Shown here piece by piece: positions 26,446 through 37,272 of a DNA stretch of 64,000 bases. This DNA comes from Dehalococcoidia bacterium. GTDB taxonomy: Bacteria; Chloroflexota; Dehalococcoidia; Lucifugimonadales; CATOSD01. The position numbers and the translations under genes were made by a program. The stretch's first letter is position 1; each line of letters opens with the position of its first letter. The notes under the pieces were generated by a model. That model saw only the letters and a list, made by a program, of their open reading frames with translations. It ran no database searches and was not told the origin of the DNA. Location: NCBI GenBank assembly GCA_965204815.1, contig OZ242014.1, positions 485,654 through 549,653 on the forward strand, in the 5' to 3' direction.

Positions 26446-27273
26446 ATGAACGGCGCACAGCTCAGAGAAAAGGTCGCCAACGGCGGCATAGTGTACGGTA
26501 CCATGCTCTCGCTCAGCCGCAACCCGCGGTGGTCTACGGCGATGGCCGACTTCGGCCTGGACTACGTGATCATCGACACCGAGCACTCCCCGCGGGGCCG
26601 CGAGGACGTGGCCGACTTTCTGGCGGCGTTCAGCTTCAGCGGCGTCGTTCCTATAGTCCGCATTCCGGCGCCGGAGACGTATCTCGTCACCATGGCCATC
26701 GACGCTGGCTCCCACGGCGTGCTGGCCCCCTACTGCGAGACGGTGGAGGAGGCCACGTTGGTCGCCGAGGCGTGCAGGTGGAGACCTCTCAAGGGCGCGC
26801 TTGCCCGCAAGGCCATCGAGACCGGCGAGCTTCCCAGCGAGGCCTCCCGCGAGTACCTTGAGAACCGCAACCGCAACAACGTTTGCATCATCGGCATCGA
26901 GAGCGTCCCCGCGATCGAAAACCTCGACAACATACTCGGTGTGAACGGCATAGACGCCGTGTTCGTCGGCCCCAACGATCTCAGCATATCGCTGGGCATC
27001 CCCGACCAGTACGACCACCCCGATTACGAGGCCGCGCTGCGCGAGATACTGCGCGTATGCGGCTCTCACGGCATCCCCACGCTGATACACCACCAGACCG
27101 TCGCGCTGTCCCAGAAGTGGCTGCGCGAGGGCGCTCGGTTCGTGCTTTACAGCAGCGACTCCCGCACCATGCACAACGGATTCCGCGAGGAGTTTGGCGC
27201 CATCCGCAGCGTGGGCGTGGAGCTCGGCGGCGAGGCCGCAGCAGCCGTCGGCGAGTCGCAAGAGGTCATCTAG
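26446..27273 (+). CDS. HpcH/HpaI aldolase family protein
   Basis: GLDYVIIDTEH, IESVPAIENLDNI and VFVGPNDLSISLG. Confidence 0.88.
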   Translation: MNGAQLREKVANGGIVYGTMLSLSRNPRWSTAMADFGLDYVIIDTEHSPRGREDVADFLAAFSFSGVVPIVRIPAPETYLVTMAIDAGSHGVLAPYCETVEEATLVAEACRWRPLKGALARKAIETGELPSEASREYLENRNRNNVCIIGIESVPAIENLDNILGVNGIDAVFVGPNDLSISLGIPDQYDHPDYEAALREILRVCGSHGIPTLIHHQTVALSQKWLREGARFVLYSSDSRTMHNGFREEFGAIRSVGVELGGEAAAAVGESQEVI

Positions 27274-27291
27274 CGACGGCCCGCACCCCGA

Positions 27292-28479
27292 ATGGAAGCC
27301 GACATAATCGTTATCGGCGGCGGCATTGCCGGCGCCTCCGCAGCCTACCACCTCGCGGCCCGCGGCCGCTCCGTTGCGCTGCTGGAGCGTGGCGACATAG
27401 CCTCCGGCGCGTCCGGCGTAAACGGCGGCCTGCTCGGAGGCTCCGGCTGGGGACGCCTACCCGGTCTCGACGAACACCTCAGCATGGGCAGCCTCGAACT
27501 CTTCAAGACGATCCAGGCCGACCTGGGCTATCACGTCGAGTTCCGGCAGTCCGGCTCCCTCACCGCCATCCACACCGAGGAGCAGTACGCCTACGCGCTC
27601 GGTATGGTGCAATCCGCACGCGCCGACGGGCGGGACGTGGAGCTGCTCAGCCCGAGGGAGGCGCGGGCGATAGAGCCGTTCGCCAGCCCCGACCTGCCCG
27701 GCTACGTCTACACCCGCCAGCGCGGCAACGCCAACCCCGCCAAGGCCACCCGCGCCTTCGCGGACGCGGCCGGCCTGGCCGGCGCCAGCGTGCTGACCGG
27801 CCACGAAGTGACAGCATTAGAAGCCGTCGCCGACGGCTCGTACAGCGTCTCCACGCCGCGTGGCGAGCTTCGCGGGGGCATCCTGGTACTCGCGGCCGGG
27901 GCGTGGTGCGCGCCGGTGGGCGAGATGCTTGGATTGAACGTACCCGTCGTCCCCGTGCGCGGCCAGATGTGGGCCACCGAGCCGCTGCCGCCCCACGTGT
28001 TCCAAGGCATATCCTCCATGGAGTCGCAGCACTTCTGGCGGGAGCACGGCGAGGATACCACGCCCCACGATCTGACTCACCGCGGCGGCGTGCGGCAGAC
28101 CAGGCACCTGTACGGGCGACAGACACAGTCGGGGGAAATCGCGTTCGGCGGCGACAGGCAGCTAGTGGGCTACGACACCACGCCCGACGCCCAGGGTATT
28201 GAAGTGAACAAGACGCACGCCGGAGAGGTGCTGCCCCTGCTCACCGAACTGCCCATAGCCCGCACCTGGGCCGGACTGATGCCCTTCACAGTGGACGGCG
28301 ACCCGCTGATAGGAAAGATCCCGCTGCGTGAAAACCTGTACATAGTCGGAGGTCTCGCCTCCTCCGGGTTCGGGCGCGGCCCAATGGCCGGCAAGCTCAT
28401 CGCCGACTACGTGCGGACCGGTCACATGCCTCACGTGCTCGCCGAGTCCGACCCCGCCGACCGCGTCACCGAGGCGTAG
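27292..28479 (+). CDS. FAD-dependent oxidoreductase (DAO/sarcosine oxidase family)
   Basis: IVIGGGIAG, GASGVNGG, LAAGAW and WAGLMPFTVDGDPLIG. Confidence 0.9.
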   Translation: MEADIIVIGGGIAGASAAYHLAARGRSVALLERGDIASGASGVNGGLLGGSGWGRLPGLDEHLSMGSLELFKTIQADLGYHVEFRQSGSLTAIHTEEQYAYALGMVQSARADGRDVELLSPREARAIEPFASPDLPGYVYTRQRGNANPAKATRAFADAAGLAGASVLTGHEVTALEAVADGSYSVSTPRGELRGGILVLAAGAWCAPVGEMLGLNVPVVPVRGQMWATEPLPPHVFQGISSMESQHFWREHGEDTTPHDLTHRGGVRQTRHLYGRQTQSGEIAFGGDRQLVGYDTTPDAQGIEVNKTHAGEVLPLLTELPIARTWAGLMPFTVDGDPLIGKIPLRENLYIVGGLASSGFGRGPMAGKLIADYVRTGHMPHVLAESDPADRVTEA

Positions 28480-28637
28480 CGCGGGCCGCTGGCCCGGTCT
28501 GCCCGGCCGCCAACTGGACGCGCTCCGGCGGGTTGCATATAATTTGACCGGTCGCGTGGCGGGCCTTCATGACCCGTGTCGTGTGACCGCACAATCCGCA
28601 GAACTGAACGTCCGCGACGGGAAAGGCTTGTATTCAC

Positions 28638-29678
28638 ATGGCAGAAGAAACGGTACGAATCGGTTTAGTGGGGGCGGGGGCCAACACCACCCTGCGCCAC
28701 ATCCCCGGCTTCAAGGCGATAGAGGGCGTCGAGCTGGTTAGTGTCGCCAACCGCAGCCGGGCCTCAGGCCAGCGCATCGCCGACGAGTACGGCATCCCCC
28801 AGGTGTTCGACAACTGGGTTGACCTGGTGGAAGACCCCGACACCAACGCCATCTGTATCGGCACTTGGCCCTACATGCACCACGCGCTGGTACTGGCGGC
28901 GCTCGAATACGACAAACACGTTATCACAGAGGCCCGCATGGCCATGGATGCGGACCAGGCGCGCGATATGCTCTACGCCGCCCGGCTCAAGCCCAATCTC
29001 GTCACCCAGATCGTCCCCTCCCCCATGACGCTGAAGGTGGACCAGACGATCCAGGAGCTGATAGCCGACGACTACCTGGGCGACGTGCTTTCGGTGGACG
29101 TCTCGGTGCGGCAGGGCGGCTTCATCGACCGCGACGCGCCCTTCCACTGGCGTCAGAACCGCGACCTGAGCGGCTACAACATCATGAGCATGGGGATCTG
29201 GTACGAAGCGATGATGCGCTGGGTCGGACACGCCACCAGCGTTACGGCCCTGACCCGCGTCAACGTGAAGTCGCGCAGGGACGACGCCGGAGCGACGCGC
29301 CACATCTCCATACCCGACCAGATAGAGGTGCTGTGCGAGATGGAGTCCGGCGCCGTCGCACGGCTCGGCATGAGCGCGGTGTTCGGCCACGCCCCCGCGC
29401 CGGAGGCGTGGTTCTTCGGCACTGAGGGCACCCTCAGGCTGGACGGCGGCTCGATGACTCTCTACGGCGGCCGGCGCGGGGACTCTGCGCTGTCCGAAAT
29501 CGCCATACCGCCCGAAAAGCAGGGAAGCTGGCGCGTGGAGGAGGAGTTCATAAACGCCATAAGAGGCAAGGAGCAGGTGACGCACACCAGCTTCGAGGAC
29601 GGCGTCAGGTACATGGAGTTCACCGAGGCCGTAACCCGCAGCGCGGAGTCGGGCCAGACGGTGAGCCTGCCCCTCTAG
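28638..29678 (+). CDS. Gfo/Idh/MocA oxidoreductase
   Basis: VRIGLVGAG, ICIGTWPYMH and KHVITEARMA. Confidence 0.88.
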   Translation: MAEETVRIGLVGAGANTTLRHIPGFKAIEGVELVSVANRSRASGQRIADEYGIPQVFDNWVDLVEDPDTNAICIGTWPYMHHALVLAALEYDKHVITEARMAMDADQARDMLYAARLKPNLVTQIVPSPMTLKVDQTIQELIADDYLGDVLSVDVSVRQGGFIDRDAPFHWRQNRDLSGYNIMSMGIWYEAMMRWVGHATSVTALTRVNVKSRRDDAGATRHISIPDQIEVLCEMESGAVARLGMSAVFGHAPAPEAWFFGTEGTLRLDGGSMTLYGGRRGDSALSEIAIPPEKQGSWRVEEEFINAIRGKEQVTHTSFEDGVRYMEFTEAVTRSAESGQTVSLPL

Positions 29679-29726
29679 CCGCGCCAAAAAACCCGATTCC
29701 AGGACTACACAGCAGGAGGCGCGACC

Positions 29727-30917
29727 ATGAACTACGACGGACTGTTCTCCAACAGGCTGCCTGCGCCCGTCAAGACACACCCCGGTCTGGCGGCCGACAC
29801 CAAGTACGTGTTCTCGGTCACCTACGCCAACCCGCAGACACTGCCAGCGGACGGCTTCGTGGACGCGCTGCGCGTCGCGATGAGCACCCAGGCCGAGGAC
29901 CTCGCCAAGTACCCGCCGTCACAGGGCCACGTGGGTATGCGCGAGCTGATAGCCCAGAGGCTCGAGGAGAACCGCGGCCTGAAGACCGATATAGACTCGA
30001 TCTTCCTGAGCAGCGGCGCCGGCGGAGCGATCCAGGTGATACTCGACGCCTTCATCGATCCGGGCGACATCGTGCTGGTCGAGGAGTTCTGCTACCTGGG
30101 AACGCTCGCCATGCTCCTCTCCCGGCGCGCCAACGTCATCCACGTGCCCACCGACGAGCAGGGCATGGATACCGACGCCGTGCGGAGCATCCTGGTGGAC
30201 CTGGCGTGGCAGGGCAAGCGGCCCAAGATGATCTACACGATATCCGTTTACCAGAACCCCATGGGCATGACCATGAGCCTGGAACGGCGCAAAGCGCTGC
30301 TCGAGTTGTCTCAGCAGTACGGCGTCCCCATCGTCGAGAACGAGTCCTACGCCGACTTCGTGATCGACGGCGACCCTCTGCCGCAGGCCATCATGGGAAT
30401 GGACGACGAGGACTCGGTGATGTACGTGTCGGCCTACACCAAGCTGCTGGGCTGCGGCCTGCGCCTGGGATACGCGGTGGTGCCCGACGCGGTGAAGGAG
30501 ACGCTCGGCAAGCTGCGCTTCGGCGGGTCTCCAAGCCACCTCGCCTCCATGACTGTTCACGAGTACCTGAGGGAGCACAAGGACGAGTACATCGAGAGCG
30601 TAAGCGAGAGCCTGAAGGTGAAGCGTGACGCAATGCTCGCCGCGCTGGGCGAGAACTTTCCACCCAGTTGCTCCTGGTCCACGCCCAACGGCGGCATGAT
30701 GATATGGGTGCGACTGCCGGAGGGCGCCGATAGCTGGGCGGCGCTGGACAAGGCCGTCGAGGCGGACGTGAAGTACAATCCCGGCCCCGTGTTCAGGGCT
30801 GACCGCGACCGCCCCAACCATCTGCGGCTCACGTACAGCCACAACTCGCCTGACGAGATCAGGGAGGGCGTGGGGATCCTGGCCTCGGTGTTTGAGCGAG
30901 AGGGGCTGTTCGGCTAG
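29727..30917 (+). CDS. PLP-dependent aminotransferase (class I, ARO8/MocR-like)
   Basis: YQNPMG, IVENESY, SAYTKLLGCGLRLGY, GGMMIWV and LRLTYS. Confidence 0.88.
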   Translation: MNYDGLFSNRLPAPVKTHPGLAADTKYVFSVTYANPQTLPADGFVDALRVAMSTQAEDLAKYPPSQGHVGMRELIAQRLEENRGLKTDIDSIFLSSGAGGAIQVILDAFIDPGDIVLVEEFCYLGTLAMLLSRRANVIHVPTDEQGMDTDAVRSILVDLAWQGKRPKMIYTISVYQNPMGMTMSLERRKALLELSQQYGVPIVENESYADFVIDGDPLPQAIMGMDDEDSVMYVSAYTKLLGCGLRLGYAVVPDAVKETLGKLRFGGSPSHLASMTVHEYLREHKDEYIESVSESLKVKRDAMLAALGENFPPSCSWSTPNGGMMIWVRLPEGADSWAALDKAVEADVKYNPGPVFRADRDRPNHLRLTYSHNSPDEIREGVGILASVFEREGLFG

Positions 30918-30945
30918 CCCGCGCCGGGCAGATACCGGACGCCGC

Positions 30946-32211
30946 TTGAGGTACGCCGCCGACCTCCACGTCCACTCGCCGTACTCGCGCGCCACCAGTT
31001 CCCAGCTTACGCTGCCCAATCTGGCGCAGTGGGCCAAGCTCAAGGGCATAGACCTGCTCGCCACCGGCGACTTCACCCATCCGGCGTGGTTCGCGGAGTT
31101 GCGCGATAACCTGGTCGAGTCGGCTGAGGGCCTGTACACCTACGACGGCGTCAGCTTCGTTCTCGGTAGCGAGGTAGCCTGCATGGCCGAGCAGGGCGGA
31201 CGCAATCGCCGTGTGCACGTGCTCATCTTCGCGCCCGGTCTCGACGCGGCGGAGCGCGTCAACACCGCGCTCGCTCCGCACGGCGACCTGGCTTCCGACG
31301 GACGCCCCATGCTGCGGCTGACCCCGCGCGACCTGCTTCACCTGCTGCTCGACGTGGACGAGCGTTGCCTGCTTCTGCCCGCTCACGTGTGGACGCCCTG
31401 GTTCGGCGTCTACGGCTCCAAGTCCGGCTTCGACTCGCTGGCCGAGTGCTTCGGCGACGACGCCCCGCGCATCCTCGCGGTGGAGACGGGCCTGTCGGCC
31501 GACCCGGCGATGTGCTGGCGCATAGCCGAGCTCGACGACGTGGCCATCATTTCCTTCTCCGACGCCCACTCGCTGCCCAACCTGGCCCGTGAGCTTACAG
31601 TGTTCGATGGGGAGCTGAGCTACGACGGCCTGGTGGCCGCGCTGCGAGCGCAGAGCATCGCCTACACCGTCGAGTTTTTCCCGGAAGAGGGCAAATACTA
31701 CCACTCCGGCCATCGCAAGTGCGGCGTGCGCTTCACGCCAGCGCAGGCCGACGAGCACGGCGGGCGGTGTCCCGTCTGCGGGCGCAAGTTGACGCTGGGC
31801 GTCTCGCAGCGCGTGGAGAGCCTGGCGTCGCGCGGCACGGTGTCCCAGGCGCGTGAGGACGGCCTGGTGCATGGCCCGGCCGGGCGGCCGCCCTACCGGC
31901 CGCTCATTGCGCTGCGAACGCTAATCGCCGAAAATGTGGGAAGAGGCGTTAACACCAAGGGCGTGCGTGCCGAATACATGAGACTGGTGGGCGAATTCGG
32001 CAGCGAGCTGGCGCTGCTGGTCGACGCGCCCGCGCCCGACTTGGCGCGAATCGCCGGCGAGCCGCTGGCCCGCGCCATAGACAGGATGCGCCGGGGTCGG
32101 GTGAGTATCACGCCGGGCTACGATGGCTTGTACGGGACCGTAAGCGCCTTGTATGGGACTGACGAAGGTCAAACCCTCCAAAGGCCCCTTCCCTTGATGG
32201 CAGAGGGTTAG
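30946..32211 (+). CDS. endonuclease Q family (PHP domain)
   Basis: ADLHVHSPYSRATS, TGDFTHP, PAHVWTPWF, ETGLSADP, SDAHS, GKYYHSGHRKC, CPVCG and PGYDGLYG. Confidence 0.9.
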   Translation: MRYAADLHVHSPYSRATSSQLTLPNLAQWAKLKGIDLLATGDFTHPAWFAELRDNLVESAEGLYTYDGVSFVLGSEVACMAEQGGRNRRVHVLIFAPGLDAAERVNTALAPHGDLASDGRPMLRLTPRDLLHLLLDVDERCLLLPAHVWTPWFGVYGSKSGFDSLAECFGDDAPRILAVETGLSADPAMCWRIAELDDVAIISFSDAHSLPNLARELTVFDGELSYDGLVAALRAQSIAYTVEFFPEEGKYYHSGHRKCGVRFTPAQADEHGGRCPVCGRKLTLGVSQRVESLASRGTVSQAREDGLVHGPAGRPPYRPLIALRTLIAENVGRGVNTKGVRAEYMRLVGEFGSELALLVDAPAPDLARIAGEPLARAIDRMRRGRVSITPGYDGLYGTVSALYGTDEGQTLQRPLPLMAEG

Positions 32212-32239
32212 GACGGGGGTATGGAAAGGAATACCACAC

Positions 32240-32662
32240 ATGATATCCATCGAAGGGGAGATGCGAGAGCTTCTCAACAACGCGCTCGACGACGGCTTCT
32301 ACAGTTACGTCGGCACAGCCTCCCGCGACGGGCGCCCCCAGATAAGCATGAGAGGCAGCCTGAGCGTGTACGACAGCGAAACGCTCGCCTTCTGGGAGCG
32401 CTCGCGCCGGTCGTCGCTGGACAACGTGAACGACAATCCGCAGGTCGTCATCTTCTACCGCAACCCGGACAAGCGAATCAACTGGCGCTTCCACGGCACC
32501 GCCACGCTCCACGAGTCGGGGGAGGTGCGCGACAGGGTTATGGCGCAGACGCCGCAGCCCGAGCTGGACCGCGACCCGGAGCGCACAGGAATCGCGGTGC
32601 TGGTCAGGATCGACACCATCACCAGCCTGTCGGGAGAGGTGCTCCAGCAGCGCGAGGGCTGA
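32240..32662 (+). CDS. pyridoxamine 5'-phosphate oxidase-like FMN-binding protein
   Basis: VGTASRDGRPQISMRGS, NVNDNPQV and RFHGTA. Confidence 0.8.
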   Translation: MISIEGEMRELLNNALDDGFYSYVGTASRDGRPQISMRGSLSVYDSETLAFWERSRRSSLDNVNDNPQVVIFYRNPDKRINWRFHGTATLHESGEVRDRVMAQTPQPELDRDPERTGIAVLVRIDTITSLSGEVLQQREG

Positions 32663-32776
32663 GCGCGTTACGCCTCCCTCCCGATTGATCGAGAGAGGGC
32701 GCGAAATTGTGGTTGTAGTTAGGGAGGGCCGGGAGACCGGGGCGTGTGAGCCCCGCGCTCCCGACGCCTCCCGTTG

Positions 32777-34891
32777 CTAGTCGCCGTCGCCGCCTGCCGC
32801 GCCGCCCATCGGCGTCGGAGGCGTTGGCAGCATCATGAAGCTGTACAGCCTTCCTTCGGTGCCTATCACCGTCTCGTTCTTGATCGCGGCCTGGCTTACC
32901 AGCGGCAGGTTGTTCACGCGCACGTTGCGCGCCATCTCCATGTTCTGCAGGCCCACACCGTGCTTGGTGAAGGTGAAGGCCACGCCGCCGAGTCCTCTGA
33001 TGGGAATCTCACGGCCGCCTACCATTTCCTTCGAGAACAGCTTCTGCCGTCCTTCGCGCTCCAGGTTGGCAAAGTCCACCACCATGTTGCCCTCGTCGTC
33101 GAAGATGTACCCGTAGGGCGATCTGCGCGTGAGCCAGTAGACAGTTGCGCCGGCGAGGGCGACCAGCATCACAGCCGGAATCGTGAGCAGGCCCCAGTAG
33201 TTGCCGGGCGCGGGCGGCGATTGCTCCGGCGTCGGGCCGGTGGGCGCCGTCGGCGGAACTGCCGAGGACGCCAGTTGCCTCACGGAAGGCACGGCCGTCG
33301 GCATAGACGACAGCACGATGGAGTCCGACAGGTACGTGTACTGGCGTCCGGCGTAGACCAGGTTCAGCCGCAGCTCCAGCGTGTGGAGCGCGTCGCTCGC
33401 CGGCGTGAAGTAGATGTCGTACTTCCAGGCGAGGTTATCGTCCACCAGTTGCTGAGGTACGATCTCCAGCGCGCCCGCCGCAGTGTCCGACGCCACGATC
33501 GCGCCGAGGTCCGACGGCGCGACGGCGTATGGCTGGCCCAGAATGTTCGCGGCCACCTCGCCGACCTTCGTCCGGACTCCTGCCTCAAGTCCCTCGGTGT
33601 GAACCATTGTCACGTCGATCGACGGGAACGCCAGCGTCCTGAACTCGGACTGCGAAGCGATGCGCTGGTCCAGGCCGGGCCAGGTCAGCTCCAGGTGCAC
33701 CTGGTATCGGCCTTCGACCACCAGCGGCGGGATAGTGGCTGAGAAGAATCCATCGCCGGCTACCGCGTCGCCGTTCTGGCCGTCGTCCTTGAGGTCGAAC
33801 TGGAGCGTCTCGCCGCCGGGCGTCCTCACCTGGGCGGTGAGCATCACGCCCTCGGCCATGACCTTCTCTCTTTCGTGCTCCACGTAGGCCGTCAGCACCG
33901 CCGGTTCGTTCAGTGGCGTGGTGCCGAGCGGAGAGAGCACGGGCCTGTAGACGTTCATGCTCTGGCGCCAGACCATGGCGGGACCGTCCACGCCCCTGAC
34001 GTGAAGCTGCCACTCGCCCGGCTCAGGCTCGACCAGCCGCCAGATGATGGCGTTCGCGGTTTCCACCAGGAACGACGACACGCCGTCTCCGGTGGTTCGC
34101 ACCGCTCCGGACGGGCCGGTGAGAGTTACTCTGCCGCCGTCGTTCTGCTTGAAGGTGATCAGGTGCATCTCCCGGGTGCCGGGAACGGCCGAGGCCGCGA
34201 GCGTCAGCGAGTCCGAGCTGGTCAGCTCGGCTCCGCCCAGGTTCGCGAGGCCCGACCTGCCATCCAGCCGCAGAACGCTGTCCGTAAGGGCGGTGTAACC
34301 TTCCAGGCCCGAGAGGTCGAAGTGCTCGCCGCCCAGTTGGTTCGCGAGGGACGCGAGCTGGCCGTGCTGCTCGCCGAGTCCTGCCGACACGTAGCGCCAG
34401 CCCTTGTCCTGGAACGTCGCGGCCAGGCCCTCGGCGCTCGTGGCGGACTTGGTGAGATCGCGCTCTCCGCCCTCGCCGCCGATCAGGTACACCGTGCTGC
34501 CGGTGGGGGCGAGAGTGGTCTCCATGAACTTGGCAATCTCGGCCACCGCGCCGAGGACGTCCACGTCCTCATCGGCGCCGGGCGCGAGCAGCCAGCCGCT
34601 CAGGCCGCCCTGGAACGCCGTGTAGGCGTCGTCGGTGGCGAGCATCGGCCCGACGCCCCCGACGGGATCGTCGGCGCCTACGAAGCTGAAGGCCGCGTCC
34701 GGTCTGAGCGTCGCGACCAGCCCGATGACGGACTTGGCGGAATCGACGCCGTTCGGCGTCAGCGACAGCGCGTGCCTGTCCACGACAAACACGACGCTTT
34801 CGTGAACGGTGTTTGACTGGACGGCTTGACTACCGAAGCCGACCAAGGCGACTATTGCTGCGATAAATATGCTCGGAATCAGTCTGCGCAT
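32777..34891 (-). CDS. secreted/membrane protein: vWA-like N-terminus, Ig-like region with DDG..GD..AGDG motif, TM, short cytoplasmic domain
   Basis: ATG 34891 after GGGGAGGT; signal peptide; LKDDGQNGDAVAGDGFFSA; late TM WGLLTIPAVMLVALAG. Confidence 0.65.
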   Translation of the reverse strand: MRRLIPSIFIAAIVALVGFGSQAVQSNTVHESVVFVVDRHALSLTPNGVDSAKSVIGLVATLRPDAAFSFVGADDPVGGVGPMLATDDAYTAFQGGLSGWLLAPGADEDVDVLGAVAEIAKFMETTLAPTGSTVYLIGGEGGERDLTKSATSAEGLAATFQDKGWRYVSAGLGEQHGQLASLANQLGGEHFDLSGLEGYTALTDSVLRLDGRSGLANLGGAELTSSDSLTLAASAVPGTREMHLITFKQNDGGRVTLTGPSGAVRTTGDGVSSFLVETANAIIWRLVEPEPGEWQLHVRGVDGPAMVWRQSMNVYRPVLSPLGTTPLNEPAVLTAYVEHEREKVMAEGVMLTAQVRTPGGETLQFDLKDDGQNGDAVAGDGFFSATIPPLVVEGRYQVHLELTWPGLDQRIASQSEFRTLAFPSIDVTMVHTEGLEAGVRTKVGEVAANILGQPYAVAPSDLGAIVASDTAAGALEIVPQQLVDDNLAWKYDIYFTPASDALHTLELRLNLVYAGRQYTYLSDSIVLSSMPTAVPSVRQLASSAVPPTAPTGPTPEQSPPAPGNYWGLLTIPAVMLVALAGATVYWLTRRSPYGYIFDDEGNMVVDFANLEREGRQKLFSKEMVGGREIPIRGLGGVAFTFTKHGVGLQNMEMARNVRVNNLPLVSQAAIKNETVIGTEGRLYSFMMLPTPPTPMGGAAGGDGD

Positions 34892-35009
34892 CTGGCACCT
34901 CCCCTTGTCGTCAAAATATCGGATTACCGATTTTTTAGTCAATTGAAATTTGGGTTAGTTTTGAGCTTTCGACCAGACAACGTCCATTTTTTCGGCCTTC
35001 GCCGAGCCG

Positions 35010-35348
35010 GTGTTTGAGTCCTTGCGACAAGGCCGGTTTCGCCGTCTCACGTCGGCTGTCGTCGTGCTGCTGCTGGCCTGCGCCGGAGTGGTCGGCTGCG
35101 GCGGCGAGCCGGACGCCGGGACGGCCCGCGGCTACGTGATTGCGGTGGAGTCCAGGACGCTGCTGGAGCTGGACTCGGTGAGCGTGCGCAGTGAGGAAGG
35201 GGAGACGATCGAGCTTCACGCGAGAGGTAAGTTCTTCCCGGGCTTTTCGCCGTCTCACCTGAGGGAGCACATGGTGCAGGGGCTGCCGGTGACGGTGACC
35301 TATCACCGGGAGAATGGCGAATTGGTGCTCGACGACGTGAGGGACTAG
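35010..35348 (+). CDS. small hypothetical lipoprotein
   Basis: Signal peptide ending VVGC; SHLREHM..G.PVTVTY (possible metal-binding OB-like fold). Confidence 0.65.
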   Translation: MFESLRQGRFRRLTSAVVVLLLACAGVVGCGGEPDAGTARGYVIAVESRTLLELDSVSVRSEEGETIELHARGKFFPGFSPSHLREHMVQGLPVTVTYHRENGELVLDDVRD

Positions 35349-35989
35349 CTTTCGGCGGCCCGCCTCGCGCGGCGCGACCTGATCCACAGGTAGACCACGC
35401 CGCCCACTATGGCGCCGGTGGCGAGCACGAACACTATCGTGCCCTCGATGCCGGGCAGCAGGGGCTGGCGTCCGATGCGCAGCGGGGTGTCCAGCGATGT
35501 CGGGCCGATGGCGTCGTGTTCCAGTTGGACGCGCAGCACCCAGTTCCCCGCCCTTCTGAAAGTGATGTTGGCGTCGTAGTAGGGCGGCGAGGTCTCGTCC
35601 GATCCGGGCGTGAGCAGCGCCGGAGCCTTGTACACAGGCTCGCCGTCTTCGTCGACGGCGTACACGGTTATCTCGGCGTCCAGCACGGGCCGGGAGGTCG
35701 CCCTCTCGTGGGGAATGACCGAGATGTGCACCGAGCCGACTACGGGCCGCACGGGCTGAACCTCGACCTCGACGTAGTAGGCGCCCGTGACGCCGCGGAA
35801 GACCACGATCGTGGAGCCCTGTCCGTGGGCCTGGGCGCGGCCCGTCGAGATGAGGAGCGCCGCAAGCAGCACCGCCGCGAGCAGTCCTCCCGCCGCGGCC
35901 ACTCTCAGCGCGACCGGCGTCAGGCACCTAGGCGCGCGCCTGCGCTGGCGTTGCGGTTCGTCGAGCAAGTTCAGCCTCCACAACTGCAT
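35345..35989 (-). CDS. exported YtkA/FixH-like protein with C-terminal TM (start uncertain)
   Basis: Signal peptide ..AQA/HGQ, YYDANITFRRAGNW, C-terminal TM plus basic tail. Confidence 0.55.
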   Translation of the reverse strand: MQLWRLNLLDEPQRQRRRAPRCLTPVALRVAAAGGLLAAVLLAALLISTGRAQAHGQGSTIVVFRGVTGAYYVEVEVQPVRPVVGSVHISVIPHERATSRPVLDAEITVYAVDEDGEPVYKAPALLTPGSDETSPPYYDANITFRRAGNWVLRVQLEHDAIGPTSLDTPLRIGRQPLLPGIEGTIVFVLATGAIVGGVVYLWIRSRRARRAAES

Positions 35990-36586
35990 AGTCGGATGTG
36001 CGCCAAGCATGGTACGCGTCGGCGCGCCCGGAAGTCCAGAGGCCGAAATCTGCTCCATTCTGCTCCGTTCTGTTCGTTTCGTAGCTGAGAGTGTCGGCGG
36101 GTCTGCGTCATTCTGTACTGCCGACGTGGGCAAGATGGAGCAGAAGCGTCACTCCGCGCGGCAGAATAGGACAGGCCTGAGGCGGGGCCAACCAGCCGCA
36201 CATCGGCTGGTCCGGGGCGCCCACGAAGGACGCCGCTCCGGGTCGTGGGGTCTTCACCCCGATGGTGGCCCTTCGGTAGGCTCAGGGCAGGCTCTTCCCC
36301 GACAATGGGGAAGGGACTCTTCGGTTGGTGGAGTTGCTTGAACATGGAGCTAGAGTAGTACGCATGTGCGTATATTGTCAAGAGCGTTGGCGAGGTCGGC
36401 GGATCAGGGCGGAATTGTGGGAAGAAATGGCGCAGGCGTATGGACGGAGCGGGGCGTGGGTGGGGAAGGGATGGGGCAGGGCTGGGGACCGGGTGGCGCG
36501 GGGAAGTGACGGAATTTTCGGGGTATGTGGGGCGCGATGGCACTTCGGCGGCTTATGCCGTGAGGTGGCCGCTTTAGATTCTTCGG

Positions 36587-36958
36587 CTACGCCCTCGCCT
36601 GGATGACGACTCTGCCCCCGTGCTCTACTTCGATATTCAGGTTGTGGCGGTCCAGCATCCGCATACCCACCAAGGGCGTTGCTTCGGCAGCGTCTGCCTC
36701 TACGTATCTTGGCTGGCCGTCCCAGTGCACGGCAACGTCGTAGACATCGAAGCTGACCTCGCTGCCGTCAGCAAGGGTCCCACGGCTCGTGCCACGGAAG
36801 CCCAGTCCCAATTCCGCCGCCAACGCCGGGGTCACGGTCAGGTAGCCGTTGAAGCCGGTGTCTATCACGGCCTCTATCTCACTTGTCAGACCGGACGGGC
36901 CGTGCACGGTAAGGGTTACCACAGGCTCATAGGCGGCGTTCACCGCGCCCTCGATCAC
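36587..36958 (-). CDS. clan AA (retropepsin-like) aspartic protease
   Basis: AVIDTGFNGYL catalytic motif, TLADGS and PLVGMRML. Confidence 0.85.
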   Translation of the reverse strand: MIEGAVNAAYEPVVTLTVHGPSGLTSEIEAVIDTGFNGYLTVTPALAAELGLGFRGTSRGTLADGSEVSFDVYDVAVHWDGQPRYVEADAAEATPLVGMRMLDRHNLNIEVEHGGRVVIQARA

Positions 36959-37272
36959 TCGCCGCTTCGAAGGGGGCGGCCGCCGAAGTGGTAGAGCCCC
37001 CGGTGGCCGACACGGAGCAGCCAGACGTCAACGGCGTCAGTGCCCTTTGCCCGCAGTTGGTCCGTCGCGGCAATCACGTCGTTTCCAATAGCCCAACTCC
37101 CGCTTTCTACGTCGATTGCCACCACCTCTCCGTGGTGGTCCGCTTCGACCTGAGTGCGGATGTCCCGCTCGTATATCTCGTCGCCGAGGCGGGCCGTCTC
37201 TTCGCGAGGGCGGCGCTGGAGCGCGGCGACGCTCTCTCCCTGCGCGTCAGCCGGGATCAGCGCATCGTTCAT
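36955..37272 (-). CDS. small DUF5678-like protein coupled to the aspartic protease
   Basis: ARLGDEIYERDIR..HGEVVAIDVESG..WLLRVG; 4-nt overlap with the protease. Confidence 0.65.
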   Translation of the reverse strand: MNDALIPADAQGESVAALQRRPREETARLGDEIYERDIRTQVEADHHGEVVAIDVESGSWAIGNDVIAATDQLRAKGTDAVDVWLLRVGHRGLYHFGGRPLRSGE